Part shown: one piece after another, positions 10,232 through 19,471 of the stretch | Position numbering within the stretch: the first letter of the stretch is position 1 | How the letters are laid out: each line of letters opens with the position of its first letter | Assembly (NCBI GenBank): GCA_030605615.1 | Contig: JAUWHZ010000020.1 | Location: forward strand, 1-59,730 | Length of the DNA stretch: 59,730 bases | Direction of reading: 5' to 3' | From: Atribacterota bacterium | Lineage (GTDB): Bacteria; Atribacterota; Phoenicimicrobiia; Phoenicimicrobiales; Phoenicimicrobiaceae | Translations under genes and position numbers: made by a program | Notes under the pieces: model-generated | What the model was told of the DNA's origin: nothing | The model's database searches: none | The model's input: the letters and a program-made list of their open reading frames with translations, nothing else

Positions 10232-10879
10232 ATGTTAAATAATATATTTGAAATTGTTTGGAGTATACCGGCTGTATTAATTGCCATTACTATTCATGAA
10301 TATTGGCATGGTAAAATTGCTTATAAATTAGGTGATCCAACTGCAGCAGAAGCAGGAAGGCTTACCTTAAACCCTTTAGCTCATCTTGATCCTGTAGGAA
10401 CTTTAATGCTGCTTTTATTCCGCTTTGGGTGGGCAAAACCAGTACCAGTAAATTTTAATAATTTAAACCATCCTAAGAGAGATATGGTATATGTTTCTTT
10501 AGCAGGACCTATTGCAAATATATCAGCTGCTATTATATTTGCCCTTATATTAAGATTGAGTAATTTTTTTGTCTGGCAAATTACTTTAGTACAAGATACA
10601 ACTTTTTTTAATCTAATTATAACTTTACTCAGGGGATGGTTGCTTTTTTTGCAAACGGGGGTAATAATAAATTTGGCTTTGGCAATATTTAACCTAATTC
10701 CTGTACCACCATTAGATGGATCTAAGATATTAATAGGTCTTTTACCTTGTTCCCAGGCATATAGATACGCCAGGTTAGAATCTTATGGACCAATTATTTT
10801 ATTGATACTTGTATTAAGTGGTATAATTGGAAAAGTATTATTTCCTATCGTATTTTTTTTATTTCGTTTATTAGTATAA
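10232..10879 (+). CDS. site-2 protease family (M50) membrane metallopeptidase, short form without PDZ
   Basis: 215 aa. HEYWH (HExxH) in a hydrophobic segment, second motif NLIPVPPLDGSKIL, and several TM segments. Confidence 0.85.
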   Translation: MLNNIFEIVWSIPAVLIAITIHEYWHGKIAYKLGDPTAAEAGRLTLNPLAHLDPVGTLMLLLFRFGWAKPVPVNFNNLNHPKRDMVYVSLAGPIANISAAIIFALILRLSNFFVWQITLVQDTTFFNLIITLLRGWLLFLQTGVIINLALAIFNLIPVPPLDGSKILIGLLPCSQAYRYARLESYGPIILLILVLSGIIGKVLFPIVFFLFRLLV

Positions 10880-10920
10880 ATACAGGTTTAATTTAGAAAG
10901 TTAAGGAAGGAGCACTTTAG

Positions 10921-11907
10921 ATGAAAGGAATAATTTTTAGTGGAATGCGTCCTACAGGAAAATTACATTTGGGTAATTACTTAGGAGCTTTAGAAAATTG
11001 GGTAAAACTTCAGAAAGAGTATAAATGTTATTTTGGGGTAGTAGATTTGCACGCTCTAACTACTGATTATGATCAAGCTGATGAATTAAAAGAAAATATT
11101 AGTGAGATGCTTATAGATTGGTTTAGCGCAGGTATTGACCCTGAAAAGAGTACTGTATTGATACAATCTTATGTGCCGGAACACGCAGAATTACATTTGC
11201 TTTTTTCTATGATTACCCCTTTGCCTTGGTTAGAAAGAAATCCAGTTTTAAAAGAACAAGTTCGTGATTTAGGATTAAAAGAAAATATAAATTATGGTCT
11301 CTTAGGATACCCAGTTTTAATGGCTGCAGATATTTTAATCTATAAATCGAATGCTGTACCGGTTGGAGAAGATCAATTACACCATATAGAATTAACTCGA
11401 GAAATAGCCAGGAGATTTAATAATCTTTATCAAAAAATATTCCCTTTACCTCAAGCAAAATTAACTAAAATACCTCGTCTTGCCGGAATTGATGGAAGAA
11501 GAATGAGTAAAAGTCTAAAAAATACGATATCTATTTCTGATTGCCCGGAAACGATTAAAGAAAAAGTAAAATCAATGATAACTGATCCTCAAAAGATAAG
11601 ATTAAACGATCCAGGACATCCTGATATATGCATTGTATTTAATTATCAGAAGATATTTAATCAAGATCAATATAAAGAAATATCTATAGGATGCAAATCA
11701 GCAAAATTAGGATGTGTAGAATGTAAGAAAATATTAGCTCAGACTTTAGCAAATAAATTTGAGGGATTTAGAGATAAAAGAAAATATTTTGAAAAAAATC
11801 CAAAAATAATTAGAGAAATTGTAATTGAAGGAAGTAAAAAGGCCAGAAATATTGCCAAAAAAACTCTTGAAGAAGTAAAAAAGGCTATGAAAATAGATTA
11901 TGAGTAA
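10921..11907 (+). CDS. trpS: tryptophan--tRNA ligase
   Basis: 328 aa. Class I signature region GKLHLGNYLGAL and RMSKS (KMSKS). Length is typical of TrpRS. Confidence 0.95.
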   Translation: MKGIIFSGMRPTGKLHLGNYLGALENWVKLQKEYKCYFGVVDLHALTTDYDQADELKENISEMLIDWFSAGIDPEKSTVLIQSYVPEHAELHLLFSMITPLPWLERNPVLKEQVRDLGLKENINYGLLGYPVLMAADILIYKSNAVPVGEDQLHHIELTREIARRFNNLYQKIFPLPQAKLTKIPRLAGIDGRRMSKSLKNTISISDCPETIKEKVKSMITDPQKIRLNDPGHPDICIVFNYQKIFNQDQYKEISIGCKSAKLGCVECKKILAQTLANKFEGFRDKRKYFEKNPKIIREIVIEGSKKARNIAKKTLEEVKKAMKIDYE

Positions 11908-12667
11908 TAAAGATATAAATTTTAAAATAAAATATGATAATTTTGAGGGACCTATTGATGAGTTAGTAAAAAGAATAAGAGAAAATATAATAGATATTGA
12001 CCAGGTACCTATTGTTGATATATTAAAGCAATATTTAGAATATATTCTTGAAAATAAAAGTATTATTGACTTAAACACTTCCAGCAAAATTATTACTGAT
12101 GCAGCACTAATATTAAAAATAAAATCAGAACATCTCCTGCCAAAAATAGAAAATAAAAATATTGAAGAGGAGGATGAAGAGGACAATAATTTTATAATTT
12201 CAGGAGATAAAAATATATTTTTACAAGAATATAATAAATATAAGAAGGTAGTTGAGCACTTAAAAGAAAAAGAAGGCAATCAAAGTAACATATATTTTCC
12301 TATGATTGATAAAAAATTAAAAGAAGATAATATAGAAATCCAAAAAGTTGATTTAGCGGATCTTTTAAACGCCTTAGAAAAAGTATTACTAAATGAAAAA
12401 AAGAAAGAATATTTGCCGGTTAAAAAAAGATCTTTTACTGTTGCTGCAAAGATGGAAGAAATAATTGATCTATTAAGGAATAATAAAAGTGGAACATCTT
12501 TTAATTATTTTATGGAAATAACTCAAGGTAAGTCGGAAATTATTGTCACTTTCCTTGCTTTGTTAGAACTTATATATTTAAAGAAAATTAATTGTTATCA
12601 AAATAAAAACTTTGGCAAAATCATATTTTGTATGAAAGGAGATGCTTTAAATTCAAAGAAGAATTAA
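11900..12667 (+). CDS. scpA: segregation and condensation protein A (kleisin)
   Basis: 255 aa. N-terminal NFEGPIDELV...IDIDQVPIVDILKQYLEYI matches the ScpA N-terminus. Followed by scpB. Overlaps trpS by 8 nt. Confidence 0.87.
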   Translation: MSNKDINFKIKYDNFEGPIDELVKRIRENIIDIDQVPIVDILKQYLEYILENKSIIDLNTSSKIITDAALILKIKSEHLLPKIENKNIEEEDEEDNNFIISGDKNIFLQEYNKYKKVVEHLKEKEGNQSNIYFPMIDKKLKEDNIEIQKVDLADLLNALEKVLLNEKKKEYLPVKKRSFTVAAKMEEIIDLLRNNKSGTSFNYFMEITQGKSEIIVTFLALLELIYLKKINCYQNKNFGKIIFCMKGDALNSKKN

Positions 12668-13188
12668 ATAATTATTCTAAGTGGAAAAATATAATCGAAT
12701 GCTTATTATTAGTATCTGATAACCCTTTAACTGTAAAAAAGATAAAAGAAATTACTGGTCTTGAAAAAAAAATTATTAATTTTTTAATTAAAAAATTAAT
12801 ATCTGATTACCAAGATTCTGCTCGACCTTTCAAGATATATGAAATTGCAGGAGGATACAAATTAGGGACTAAACCTCGATATTCTCTTTGGGTAAAAAAA
12901 ATTTCAGAGAATAGAAAAAAATATCATATTTCTAAAGCTGCCATAGAAACATTGGCTATTATTGCCTATAATCAACCGATAACCCGTTTAGAAATTGAAA
13001 AGATAAGAGGCGTAAATTGTTCAGGTGTATTATTTAATATATTAAAACATAAATTTATAAAAATAAGTGGGAGAAAAAAAGTCCCGGGAAACCCATTAAT
13101 TTACAAAGTTACAGATACATTTTTGATACATTTTGGTTTAAAGAAACTTTCTGATCTTCCCAAACTAACCGAAATTGGAATTAGCTGA
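12628..13188 (+). CDS. scpB: segregation and condensation protein B
   Basis: 186 aa. Motifs IECLLLVSDNPLTVKKI, ETLAIIAYNQPITRLEIEKIRGV and PGNPLIYKVTDTFLIHFGL. TTG start inside the scpA 3' end; exact start uncertain. Confidence 0.85.
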   Translation: MYERRCFKFKEELNNYSKWKNIIECLLLVSDNPLTVKKIKEITGLEKKIINFLIKKLISDYQDSARPFKIYEIAGGYKLGTKPRYSLWVKKISENRKKYHISKAAIETLAIIAYNQPITRLEIEKIRGVNCSGVLFNILKHKFIKISGRKKVPGNPLIYKVTDTFLIHFGLKKLSDLPKLTEIGIS

Positions 13189-13189
13189 T

Positions 13190-13921
13190 ATGTATGAAAG
13201 ATTACAAAAATATTTAGCAAGAGCAGGAATTGATTCTCGAAGAAGATGTGAAAAACTTATTATTCAAGGTTATGTGCGGATAAATCATTCAGTTATTACC
13301 AAATTAGGAACAAAAGTAGACCCCCAGAAAGATATTATAGAAGTAAAAGGTAAATTAGTAAAATTTATAGAAAAAAAGAAATATACTTATATATTACTAA
13401 ATAAACCTAAAGGGTTTCTAACTTCTTTACATGATCCTTATAATAGACCTACTATTTTAGAGCTATTAAAAGACATAAACAAAAGAGTTTATCCGGTTGG
13501 CCGCTTAGATTTTAACTCAGAAGGATTATTGCTTCTAACAGATGATGGGGAATTAACTTATGCTCTAACTCATCCCTCAAAAGAAATTGAAAAAACTTAT
13601 ATTATTAAAGTGAAAGGGAATCCATCTTTAGAAAAGTTAAAATTATTATCTAAAGGGATAATACTTAAAAATGGTTATAAGATTTTACCTTGCAAGATCT
13701 ATTTATTAAAAATTACGAATGGTAATGCAATTTTAAAAATAAAATTAAAAGAAGGGAAAAAAAGACAAATAAGGAAAATGGGTAAATATATTGGTCATTC
13801 TGTCTTAGAATTAAGAAGGGTTCAGATAGGACCAATTTATTTAAAAGGAGTGAAACCAGGAGAATATAGATATTTAAATAGACAAGAAATTAATAGTTTA
13901 AAAAAGCTTTTATATAATTAA
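13190..13921 (+). CDS. rluB: 23S rRNA pseudouridine synthase, RluB/RsuA family
   Basis: S4 domain (RLQKYLARAGIDSRR) plus catalytic GRLDFNSEGLLLLTDDG. Start set to ATG 13190, 1 nt after the scpB stop. The track's TTG 13175 adds 5 residues inside scpB. Confidence 0.88.
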   Translation: MYERLQKYLARAGIDSRRRCEKLIIQGYVRINHSVITKLGTKVDPQKDIIEVKGKLVKFIEKKKYTYILLNKPKGFLTSLHDPYNRPTILELLKDINKRVYPVGRLDFNSEGLLLLTDDGELTYALTHPSKEIEKTYIIKVKGNPSLEKLKLLSKGIILKNGYKILPCKIYLLKITNGNAILKIKLKEGKKRQIRKMGKYIGHSVLELRRVQIGPIYLKGVKPGEYRYLNRQEINSLKKLLYN

Positions 13922-13960
13922 TGATGTAATCTAGTAAATTTTTAAGGATTAGGTAAGTTA

Positions 13961-14662
13961 ATGAAAAAAGATAATTTAATAATTGCTATAGATGGGCCTT
14001 CTGCTGTAGGTAAGAGCACTATTGCTAAACTAATAGCACAAAATTTAGGCTATTTATACATTGATACTGGAGCAATCTATAGAGCAATTACCTGGAAAGT
14101 TTTACAAAAAAATATTGATTTAAACAATAAAGGCTTGGTCTCAGATCTTGTTTCAAAGATTCATATTTCCATAAAAAAAATATATCGTAACTTTAAAAAT
14201 TATTATTGCATTTTTGTCAATGGAGAAGATGTAACGGAAGAAATACGTAATCCAAAAATTGACCAAAATGTTTCTCTAATAGCTAAATTACCTAAAGTTA
14301 GAAGACAATTAATTGCTCTGCAAAGAAATTTAGCGAAAAATGGTTGTATCGTGATGGAAGGCAGAGATATTGGTTCGATAATTTTACCTTATGCCGATAT
14401 AAAATTATATTTCACTGCTTCTGAGGAAGAAAGGATTAAAAGACGATATCAGGAGCTTAAAAATAAAGGATATAAAATAAGCTATAAAGAAGTTAAAGAA
14501 CAAATAATACAAAGAGATATAATTGATAGTAACAGAAAATATGCTCCCTTAACCAAAACAAAAGATGCTATTCTAATCGAGTCTACTAATAAAACTATTG
14601 AAGAAGTTAAAAATGAGATTTTGGAAATAATAGAAAAATATAGAAAGAGTGAAAAACAATAA
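13961..14662 (+). CDS. cmk: cytidylate kinase
   Basis: 233 aa. P-loop IAIDGPSAVGKST followed by YIDTGAIYRA. Confidence 0.93.
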   Translation: MKKDNLIIAIDGPSAVGKSTIAKLIAQNLGYLYIDTGAIYRAITWKVLQKNIDLNNKGLVSDLVSKIHISIKKIYRNFKNYYCIFVNGEDVTEEIRNPKIDQNVSLIAKLPKVRRQLIALQRNLAKNGCIVMEGRDIGSIILPYADIKLYFTASEEERIKRRYQELKNKGYKISYKEVKEQIIQRDIIDSNRKYAPLTKTKDAILIESTNKTIEEVKNEILEIIEKYRKSEKQ

Positions 14663-14663
14663 A

Positions 14664-15506
14664 TTGAAAATAATATTATCTAAAAAAATGGGATTTTGCT
14701 TTGGGGTAAAAAAATCTGTAGACCTGGCAAAAAAGAATATTGAAACAAGTGAAGGAAAAATATATATGTTAGGTCCGATAATAAATAACCCTCAAGTAAT
14801 TGAATATTTTAAAAAAGAGGGGGCAAAGGTTGTAAATGACTTAGATGAAATACCTGAAAAAAGTACGGTTATAACCAGAGCTCATGGCGTTTCTCCACTC
14901 GTCCTCCATCAAGCTCTCAAAAAAAAGTTATCTATAATCAATACTACCTGTCCATATGTGAAAAAAGTACAGGAAATTGCTGCTTATTTAAATAAAAATG
15001 GTTATTATATAGTTATTTTTGGTGATAAAATACACCCTGAAATATTAAGTTTATTAGATGTTATCCATAATAATGCCATAGTGGTTAGTACTATTTCTGA
15101 AATAAGAGAAATAAGCTATCAGAAAAAAATTGGTTTTATTTCTCAGACTACAAAAAATATTTATGATTTTAAAAAATTATCTTTTGCTTTATTAGATAAA
15201 ACTGAAGAATTAAGAGTATTTAACACTATATGTAAAGCTACAACCGAAAGACAAAGGAGTGTTCTTGAATTAGCAAAACAAGTGGATATAATGATAGTAA
15301 TTGGAGGGAATAAAAGCGCTAACACTTCTCGTTTGGCAGAAATATGTCAGAATCAGGGAGCAAAGACATACCATATTGAAACAAAGAATCAAATGAAATA
15401 CGAATGGTTTCATCCTGAAGATAAAGTAGGAATTGCCAGCGGTGCCTCTACTCCTGATTGGGTGATTAATGAAGTTATAATGAAACTTAGAGATTGGTAT
15501 GCCTAA
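14664..15506 (+). CDS. ispH: 4-hydroxy-3-methylbut-2-enyl diphosphate reductase
   Basis: N-terminus (M)KIILSKKMGFCFGVKKSV aligns with the canonical IspH start. TTG 14664 lies 1 nt after the cmk stop; the track's GTG 14649 is an alternative start. Also NTICKATTERQ and ASGASTPDW. Confidence 0.9.
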   Translation: MKIILSKKMGFCFGVKKSVDLAKKNIETSEGKIYMLGPIINNPQVIEYFKKEGAKVVNDLDEIPEKSTVITRAHGVSPLVLHQALKKKLSIINTTCPYVKKVQEIAAYLNKNGYYIVIFGDKIHPEILSLLDVIHNNAIVVSTISEIREISYQKKIGFISQTTKNIYDFKKLSFALLDKTEELRVFNTICKATTERQRSVLELAKQVDIMIVIGGNKSANTSRLAEICQNQGAKTYHIETKNQMKYEWFHPEDKVGIASGASTPDWVINEVIMKLRDWYA

Positions 15507-15690
15507 TTACTTTTTTTACCTTGCCAGCTTTTAAGCATTTAGTACAAACATTGATTGTTTTGTTAGTATTATCAATACGCACTTTTACTTTTTGAATATT
15601 GGGATGCCACATTCTTTTAGTAACTCTGTGTGAATGACTTATTTTATTTCCAAATTGTGGGCCTTTACCACAAATATCACATTTTGCCAT
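15487..15690 (-). CDS. rpmB: 50S ribosomal protein L28
   Basis: 67 aa. MAKCDICGKGPQFGNKISHSHRVTKR is the L28 signature N-terminus. Its 3' end overlaps the convergent ispH by 20 nt. Confidence 0.92.
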   Translation of the reverse strand: MAKCDICGKGPQFGNKISHSHRVTKRMWHPNIQKVKVRIDNTNKTINVCTKCLKAGKVKKVIRHTNL

Positions 15691-15758
15691 TTTATTTCGT
15701 CCTCCTGCCTTCTAAATAAATAATCAACGTTTCACATTTTATCATATTATAGAGAGCC

Positions 15759-15787
15759 TTGGCAAGTGATAATTTAAAGTTTATAAT
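15759..15787 (+). promoter_or_regulatory. predicted sigma-70-type promoter for rsmD-coaD
   Basis: TTGGCA (15759-15764) + 17 nt + TATAAT (15782-15787). Confidence 0.5.
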
Positions 15788-15790
15788 AAG

Positions 15791-15818
15791 AATAGCGTAG
15801 AGCGTTTAGCGTATAGAA
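15791..15818 (+). repeat. heptamer array B (AATAGCG TAGAGCG TTTAGCG TATAGAA)
   Basis: Read directly. Lies between the predicted -10 and the SD of rsmD. Near-identical to 35298-35332. Confidence 0.7.
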
Positions 15819-15834
15819 AAGGGGGAGAACGAAA

Positions 15835-16404
15835 ATTATAAAAATTGTTGCTGGGAAAAACAAGGGCAATAAATTAAAATCTCCAAAGGATTTATCCATT
15901 CGTCCTACTTCTCAAAAAGTAAGAGAAGCTTTATTCGATATTATTGGAACATCTATCCAGGGAGCCTGTTTTTTAGATTTATTTTCAGGAACTGGCGCAG
16001 TAGGAATTGAAGCCTTGAGTAGGGAAGCAAAAAAGGTAGTATTTATTGAAAAAGAATTAAAATGTGTAAAAATTATAAAAGAAAATTTAGAAAAGACTAA
16101 AAACTGTCAAAATGCAATAGTTTATAAAATGGATTATTTGTCTGGTTTGAAATTATTAGCCAAAAAAAACTATCTGCTGGATTATATCTTTCTTGATCCA
16201 CCTTATAATATGGGTTTAGTAAATATTTCTTTATCAGAAATATCAAAGTTGCCCATCTTGAATAAAAATAGTCTAGTAATTGCCCAACATTATAAGAGAG
16301 AAGTAGTAAATGATAACTTAAATAGTTTAACATTATTTAAACAAAAAATATATGGAGAATGTTGTTTATCTTTCTTCAATTGTGTTAATATAAAACATTA
16401 CTAA
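15835..16404 (+). CDS. rsmD: 16S rRNA (guanine966-N2)-methyltransferase RsmD, apparently with a non-canonical (ATT/ATA) start
   Basis: The frame is open from 15817. Residues upstream of the track start (TTG 16015) read KIIKIVAGKNKGNKLKSPKDLSIRPTSQKVREALFDIIGTSIQGACFLDLFSGTGAVGIEALSR, which is the RsmD N-terminus plus SAM motif I. DPPY follows later. There is no ATG/GTG/TTG in frame before 16015. The GGGGGAG SD at 15821-15827 is 7 nt from ATT 15835 and 10 nt from ATA 15838. Confidence 0.75.
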   Translation: MIKIVAGKNKGNKLKSPKDLSIRPTSQKVREALFDIIGTSIQGACFLDLFSGTGAVGIEALSREAKKVVFIEKELKCVKIIKENLEKTKNCQNAIVYKMDYLSGLKLLAKKNYLLDYIFLDPPYNMGLVNISLSEISKLPILNKNSLVIAQHYKREVVNDNLNSLTLFKQKIYGECCLSFFNCVNIKHY

Positions 16405-16483
16405 TTTTTAATTGAAAGATAAACGAAGAATATACAATTTTTTTAAATAGAAAAATTTATTTTAAAATTAAAAGGAGGAAAAG

Positions 16484-16972
16484 ATGAAAATAGCTGTTTA
16501 TCCTGGTAGCTTTGACCCCATTACTAATGGTCATCTTAATATTATTGAAAGAGCAATAAATATTTTCGATGAATTAATTGTGGCAGTGGCAATTGATACC
16601 AATAAGTCTACCTTATTTTCTGCACAAGAAAGAACAGATATGATAAAAGAGGTAACTAAAAATATAGAAAAAGTAAGAGTACAATCATTTTCAGATTTAT
16701 TGATAGATTTTATGAAAAGAAATAATGCTAATATTATAATTAGGGGAATGAGAGCTATCTCTGACTTTGAACATGAATCACAATTAGCTTTAATGAATAA
16801 AAAATTAGCTCCAGAAATCGAAACTATATTTATGGTTACTTGTTCCAAATATTCTTATTTAAATTCAAGCATAGTAAAGGAAATCGCCGGTTTAGATGGC
16901 TGTGTCAGTCAATTAGTTCCTGAAATTGTTGAGGAGAATTTAAGAAAAAAACTTTTAAACAAAAGTATCTAA
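16484..16972 (+). CDS. coaD: phosphopantetheine adenylyltransferase
   Basis: 162 aa. AVYPGSFDPITNGHLNII (T/HxGH) and RGMRAISDFE. Confidence 0.95.
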   Translation: MKIAVYPGSFDPITNGHLNIIERAINIFDELIVAVAIDTNKSTLFSAQERTDMIKEVTKNIEKVRVQSFSDLLIDFMKRNNANIIIRGMRAISDFEHESQLALMNKKLAPEIETIFMVTCSKYSYLNSSIVKEIAGLDGCVSQLVPEIVEENLRKKLLNKSI

Positions 16973-17055
16973 ACCTTATAAACAATTAAGTCTTATCTCT
17001 TCTTTTAATTAGAATAATATTTATTATAAGATTAATTATAAAGAATGAAAAAACA

Positions 17056-18051
17056 ATGCTGTATAATATTAAAAAATATTTTTTAATTATTATAATTGTA
17101 ATTATAATTGTAATTAATTTAATTCCCACCGATTATTACCTTATATCTCCTGGTCAAGCTATTAATCTAAGTAAAAATATTATAGTCGAAAATGGAGAAA
17201 AAGATGCAAGGGGATGCTTTCTTCTCACTTCAACTACTATAGTAAAAGCAAACTTATTATTATATATTTATAGTTTTTTTGACCCTAATATTGATTTAAA
17301 GAATAAAAGTGAAAATATGATAGAAGGTGTGGATCAAGAAGAATATATAGATATAATGGAAGAATTAATGCGGGAAAGTAAGATGATTTCCAAAGTTGTT
17401 GCTTTAAAAAAAGCAGGATATAATCCAGAGATTTCAGGGAAAGGAATCATAATAAAAAAAATATTAGAAAACAGCCCGGCAAAAAATAAATTAATGCCAG
17501 GAGATGTGATCGTAAAGGTAAACCAGTATTCTGTAAGAACTATTGAGGAATTTTCAAATATTATTCAAAGTTATACCATGAATCAAATTATTAGGATAAC
17601 CTTTTTAAGAAATAACTTAACATACTCCATATCAGTTCCACTTATTGAACTTCCTACTATGGACTATGGTGTAGAAAGATTGGGTATTGGCATGTATGCC
17701 ACTACTTACAATCTTCAATGTAAATTTCCTATAAAAATTGAAATTGATTTAGATAAAATAAAGGGACCTTCCGCTGGATTAATGATCGCTTTGGAGATAC
17801 TAAATCAGTTAACTGAAAATGACTTAAGCAATGGTTTGATGATTGCAGGTACAGGGAATTTAAGTGTTGAGGGAAAAATAACTGAAGTAGATGGAATTAA
17901 GCAAAAGATTATTTCTGCTTTAAAACAAAAGGCTGATATATTTTTAGTCCCCAAAGAAAATTATCAAGAAGCTCTTAAATTTAATCAAAGTATAAGAGTT
18001 ATAGCGGTGGAAAATTTTGATGATGTAATAATGAAATTGATAAAACTATGA
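17056..18051 (+). CDS. PDZ domain + Lon-type S16 C-terminal protease domain protein (YlbL/SdrC-like)
   Basis: 331 aa. N-terminal TM helix, PDZ (IIIKKILENSPAKNKLMPGDVIVKVN), and KGPSAGLMIALEI catalytic Ser context. Its position after coaD matches the B. subtilis ylb cluster. Confidence 0.85.
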   Translation: MLYNIKKYFLIIIIVIIIVINLIPTDYYLISPGQAINLSKNIIVENGEKDARGCFLLTSTTIVKANLLLYIYSFFDPNIDLKNKSENMIEGVDQEEYIDIMEELMRESKMISKVVALKKAGYNPEISGKGIIIKKILENSPAKNKLMPGDVIVKVNQYSVRTIEEFSNIIQSYTMNQIIRITFLRNNLTYSISVPLIELPTMDYGVERLGIGMYATTYNLQCKFPIKIEIDLDKIKGPSAGLMIALEILNQLTENDLSNGLMIAGTGNLSVEGKITEVDGIKQKIISALKQKADIFLVPKENYQEALKFNQSIRVIAVENFDDVIMKLIKL

Positions 18052-18082
18052 AAATAAAAAAAATACTAAAGTATAAAAAAAT

Positions 18083-19402
18083 TTAATTATCTTTGATAAT
18101 TATGTTATGAGTAAAATCAAATCGAGCTACCTTATCTTTTGTTTTCTGGTACCCCAGGGTATATATATCAGTAGAAACAATATCGAAATTAAGCATTTTT
18201 AATAATATTTTTTGTTTATCGTTTTTGTGATAATTTATTTGTTTTATATAATTAGATAATTTAGTTATTTGGGGCAGAGTCGATTTCTTTTTAATAATTC
18301 TTAGCAAGGTTTTACCTTTTTTTGAGAACCCTAATATTCTTATATATAAAGGTCCATGGCTATTAAAAGTTGTTACATCATCTTTGGAAAGATTCATCAT
18401 AACATGAAGGAGTATTCGTTGAATTTTAGTGCGGGTATATCTTCTTGTTTTGATTTGATTAATTAAATCCCCAATAGAAGAAGATTCAAGAGAAGCCCTT
18501 TTTATTCTATTTTCTAATCCTTCGTTTACTCCATGGATATGAGAAATATCTTCTAATGACATTCTTCTTAACAGAGCAAGAATATATTGTTCATAGGAGT
18601 TAATGTTAATAGGGTTTCTGCCTTCTTTAAATTCTTTCTCTAATATGGGATATATGGAGTGAGGAATGGTTGTTTCTATTTTGTTTTTTAAAGCTAAGAG
18701 ATTATATTTAGGGGAAGTTATGCTCTTAAGTATTTCATTTCTAATAGAGGTAGCACTAGAAATATTTCCACTGATAGTTTTGTGATGATAACTTGCTCCT
18801 ATTCTTTTTATAGGTACAGGAGTAATCTTGCTATTTAAATTTAATAAGTGCTTTATATATTCTAAAGCTAAAATATTATTGGGACAATTTAATATTTTGC
18901 TCAATTTTAATGGCGACAATTCTTTTAGATGGTCTATTCCGAATATTCTATGGTATTCGCATAGAGCCTGGGACCTGACTTTTGGATATTCATATCCATT
19001 TTTACTTTTTCCCTTTATAAGCTCTTTATATGGTTGTGTTTCAATATTCAAGAATTTGCTTATAGGATAAAGAATATCAAGATGGTGAGTTTCGGAACCA
19101 AAGCATAGATAATCTATGATCTGGAGTGAATCCAGTAATTTTACTGCACCGAAAGCAAAACCATTGGCATCTTGAGTAGAGAAGGCGAAAGGTATTTCTA
19201 TTACCAAATCAATGCCTGCATTTATGGCCATTTCTGTTCTAACCCATTTATTTATAATTGCCGGCTCTCCCCTTTGAAGAAAGTTTCCACTCATAACTGC
19301 TACTACATAATCTGCTTTGGTTATTTCTTTTGCTTTGGATAGATGGTATAGATGACCATTATGAAAAGGATTGTATTCGACAATAATTCCTAATGTTTTC
19401 AT
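18083..19402 (-). CDS. tmcAL: tRNA(Met) cytidine acetate ligase family protein (UPF0348 / YlbM = TmcAL)
   Basis: 439 aa. MKTLGIIVEYNPFHNGHLYHL is the family's HxGH nucleotidyltransferase N-terminus. The neighbours match the ylbH-ylbM cluster. Confidence 0.85.
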   Translation of the reverse strand: MKTLGIIVEYNPFHNGHLYHLSKAKEITKADYVVAVMSGNFLQRGEPAIINKWVRTEMAINAGIDLVIEIPFAFSTQDANGFAFGAVKLLDSLQIIDYLCFGSETHHLDILYPISKFLNIETQPYKELIKGKSKNGYEYPKVRSQALCEYHRIFGIDHLKELSPLKLSKILNCPNNILALEYIKHLLNLNSKITPVPIKRIGASYHHKTISGNISSATSIRNEILKSITSPKYNLLALKNKIETTIPHSIYPILEKEFKEGRNPININSYEQYILALLRRMSLEDISHIHGVNEGLENRIKRASLESSSIGDLINQIKTRRYTRTKIQRILLHVMMNLSKDDVTTFNSHGPLYIRILGFSKKGKTLLRIIKKKSTLPQITKLSNYIKQINYHKNDKQKILLKMLNFDIVSTDIYTLGYQKTKDKVARFDFTHNIIIKDN

Positions 19403-19430
19403 ATAATTTCTCGATTTAAAAAATATTTTA

Positions 19431-19445
19431 TGCTATAATTATACA
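19431..19445. promoter_or_regulatory. overlapping divergent extended -10 elements (pta side TGCTATAAT; tmcAL side TGTATAAT on the minus strand)
   Basis: + strand TGCTATAAT at 19431-19439. ATTATACA at 19438-19445 is the reverse complement of TGTATAAT. The -35 regions are weak. Confidence 0.35.
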
Positions 19446-19471
19446 AAATTTATAAAAAAAATGATAGTAAT

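Noticed and set aside
10880-10920. Possible T-box leader upstream of trpS
   Set aside because: The spacer is only 41 nt, far too short for a T-box (about 200 nt or more), and has no specifier or antiterminator elements.
11746-12279. 177-aa minus-strand ORF overlapping the trpS 3' end and scpA
   Set aside because: It is antisense to two well-supported genes. Its Ser/Phe/Ile/Leu-rich low-complexity translation is what the reverse complement of Lys/Glu/Asn-rich AT-rich coding sequence gives. No SD and no recognisable motif.
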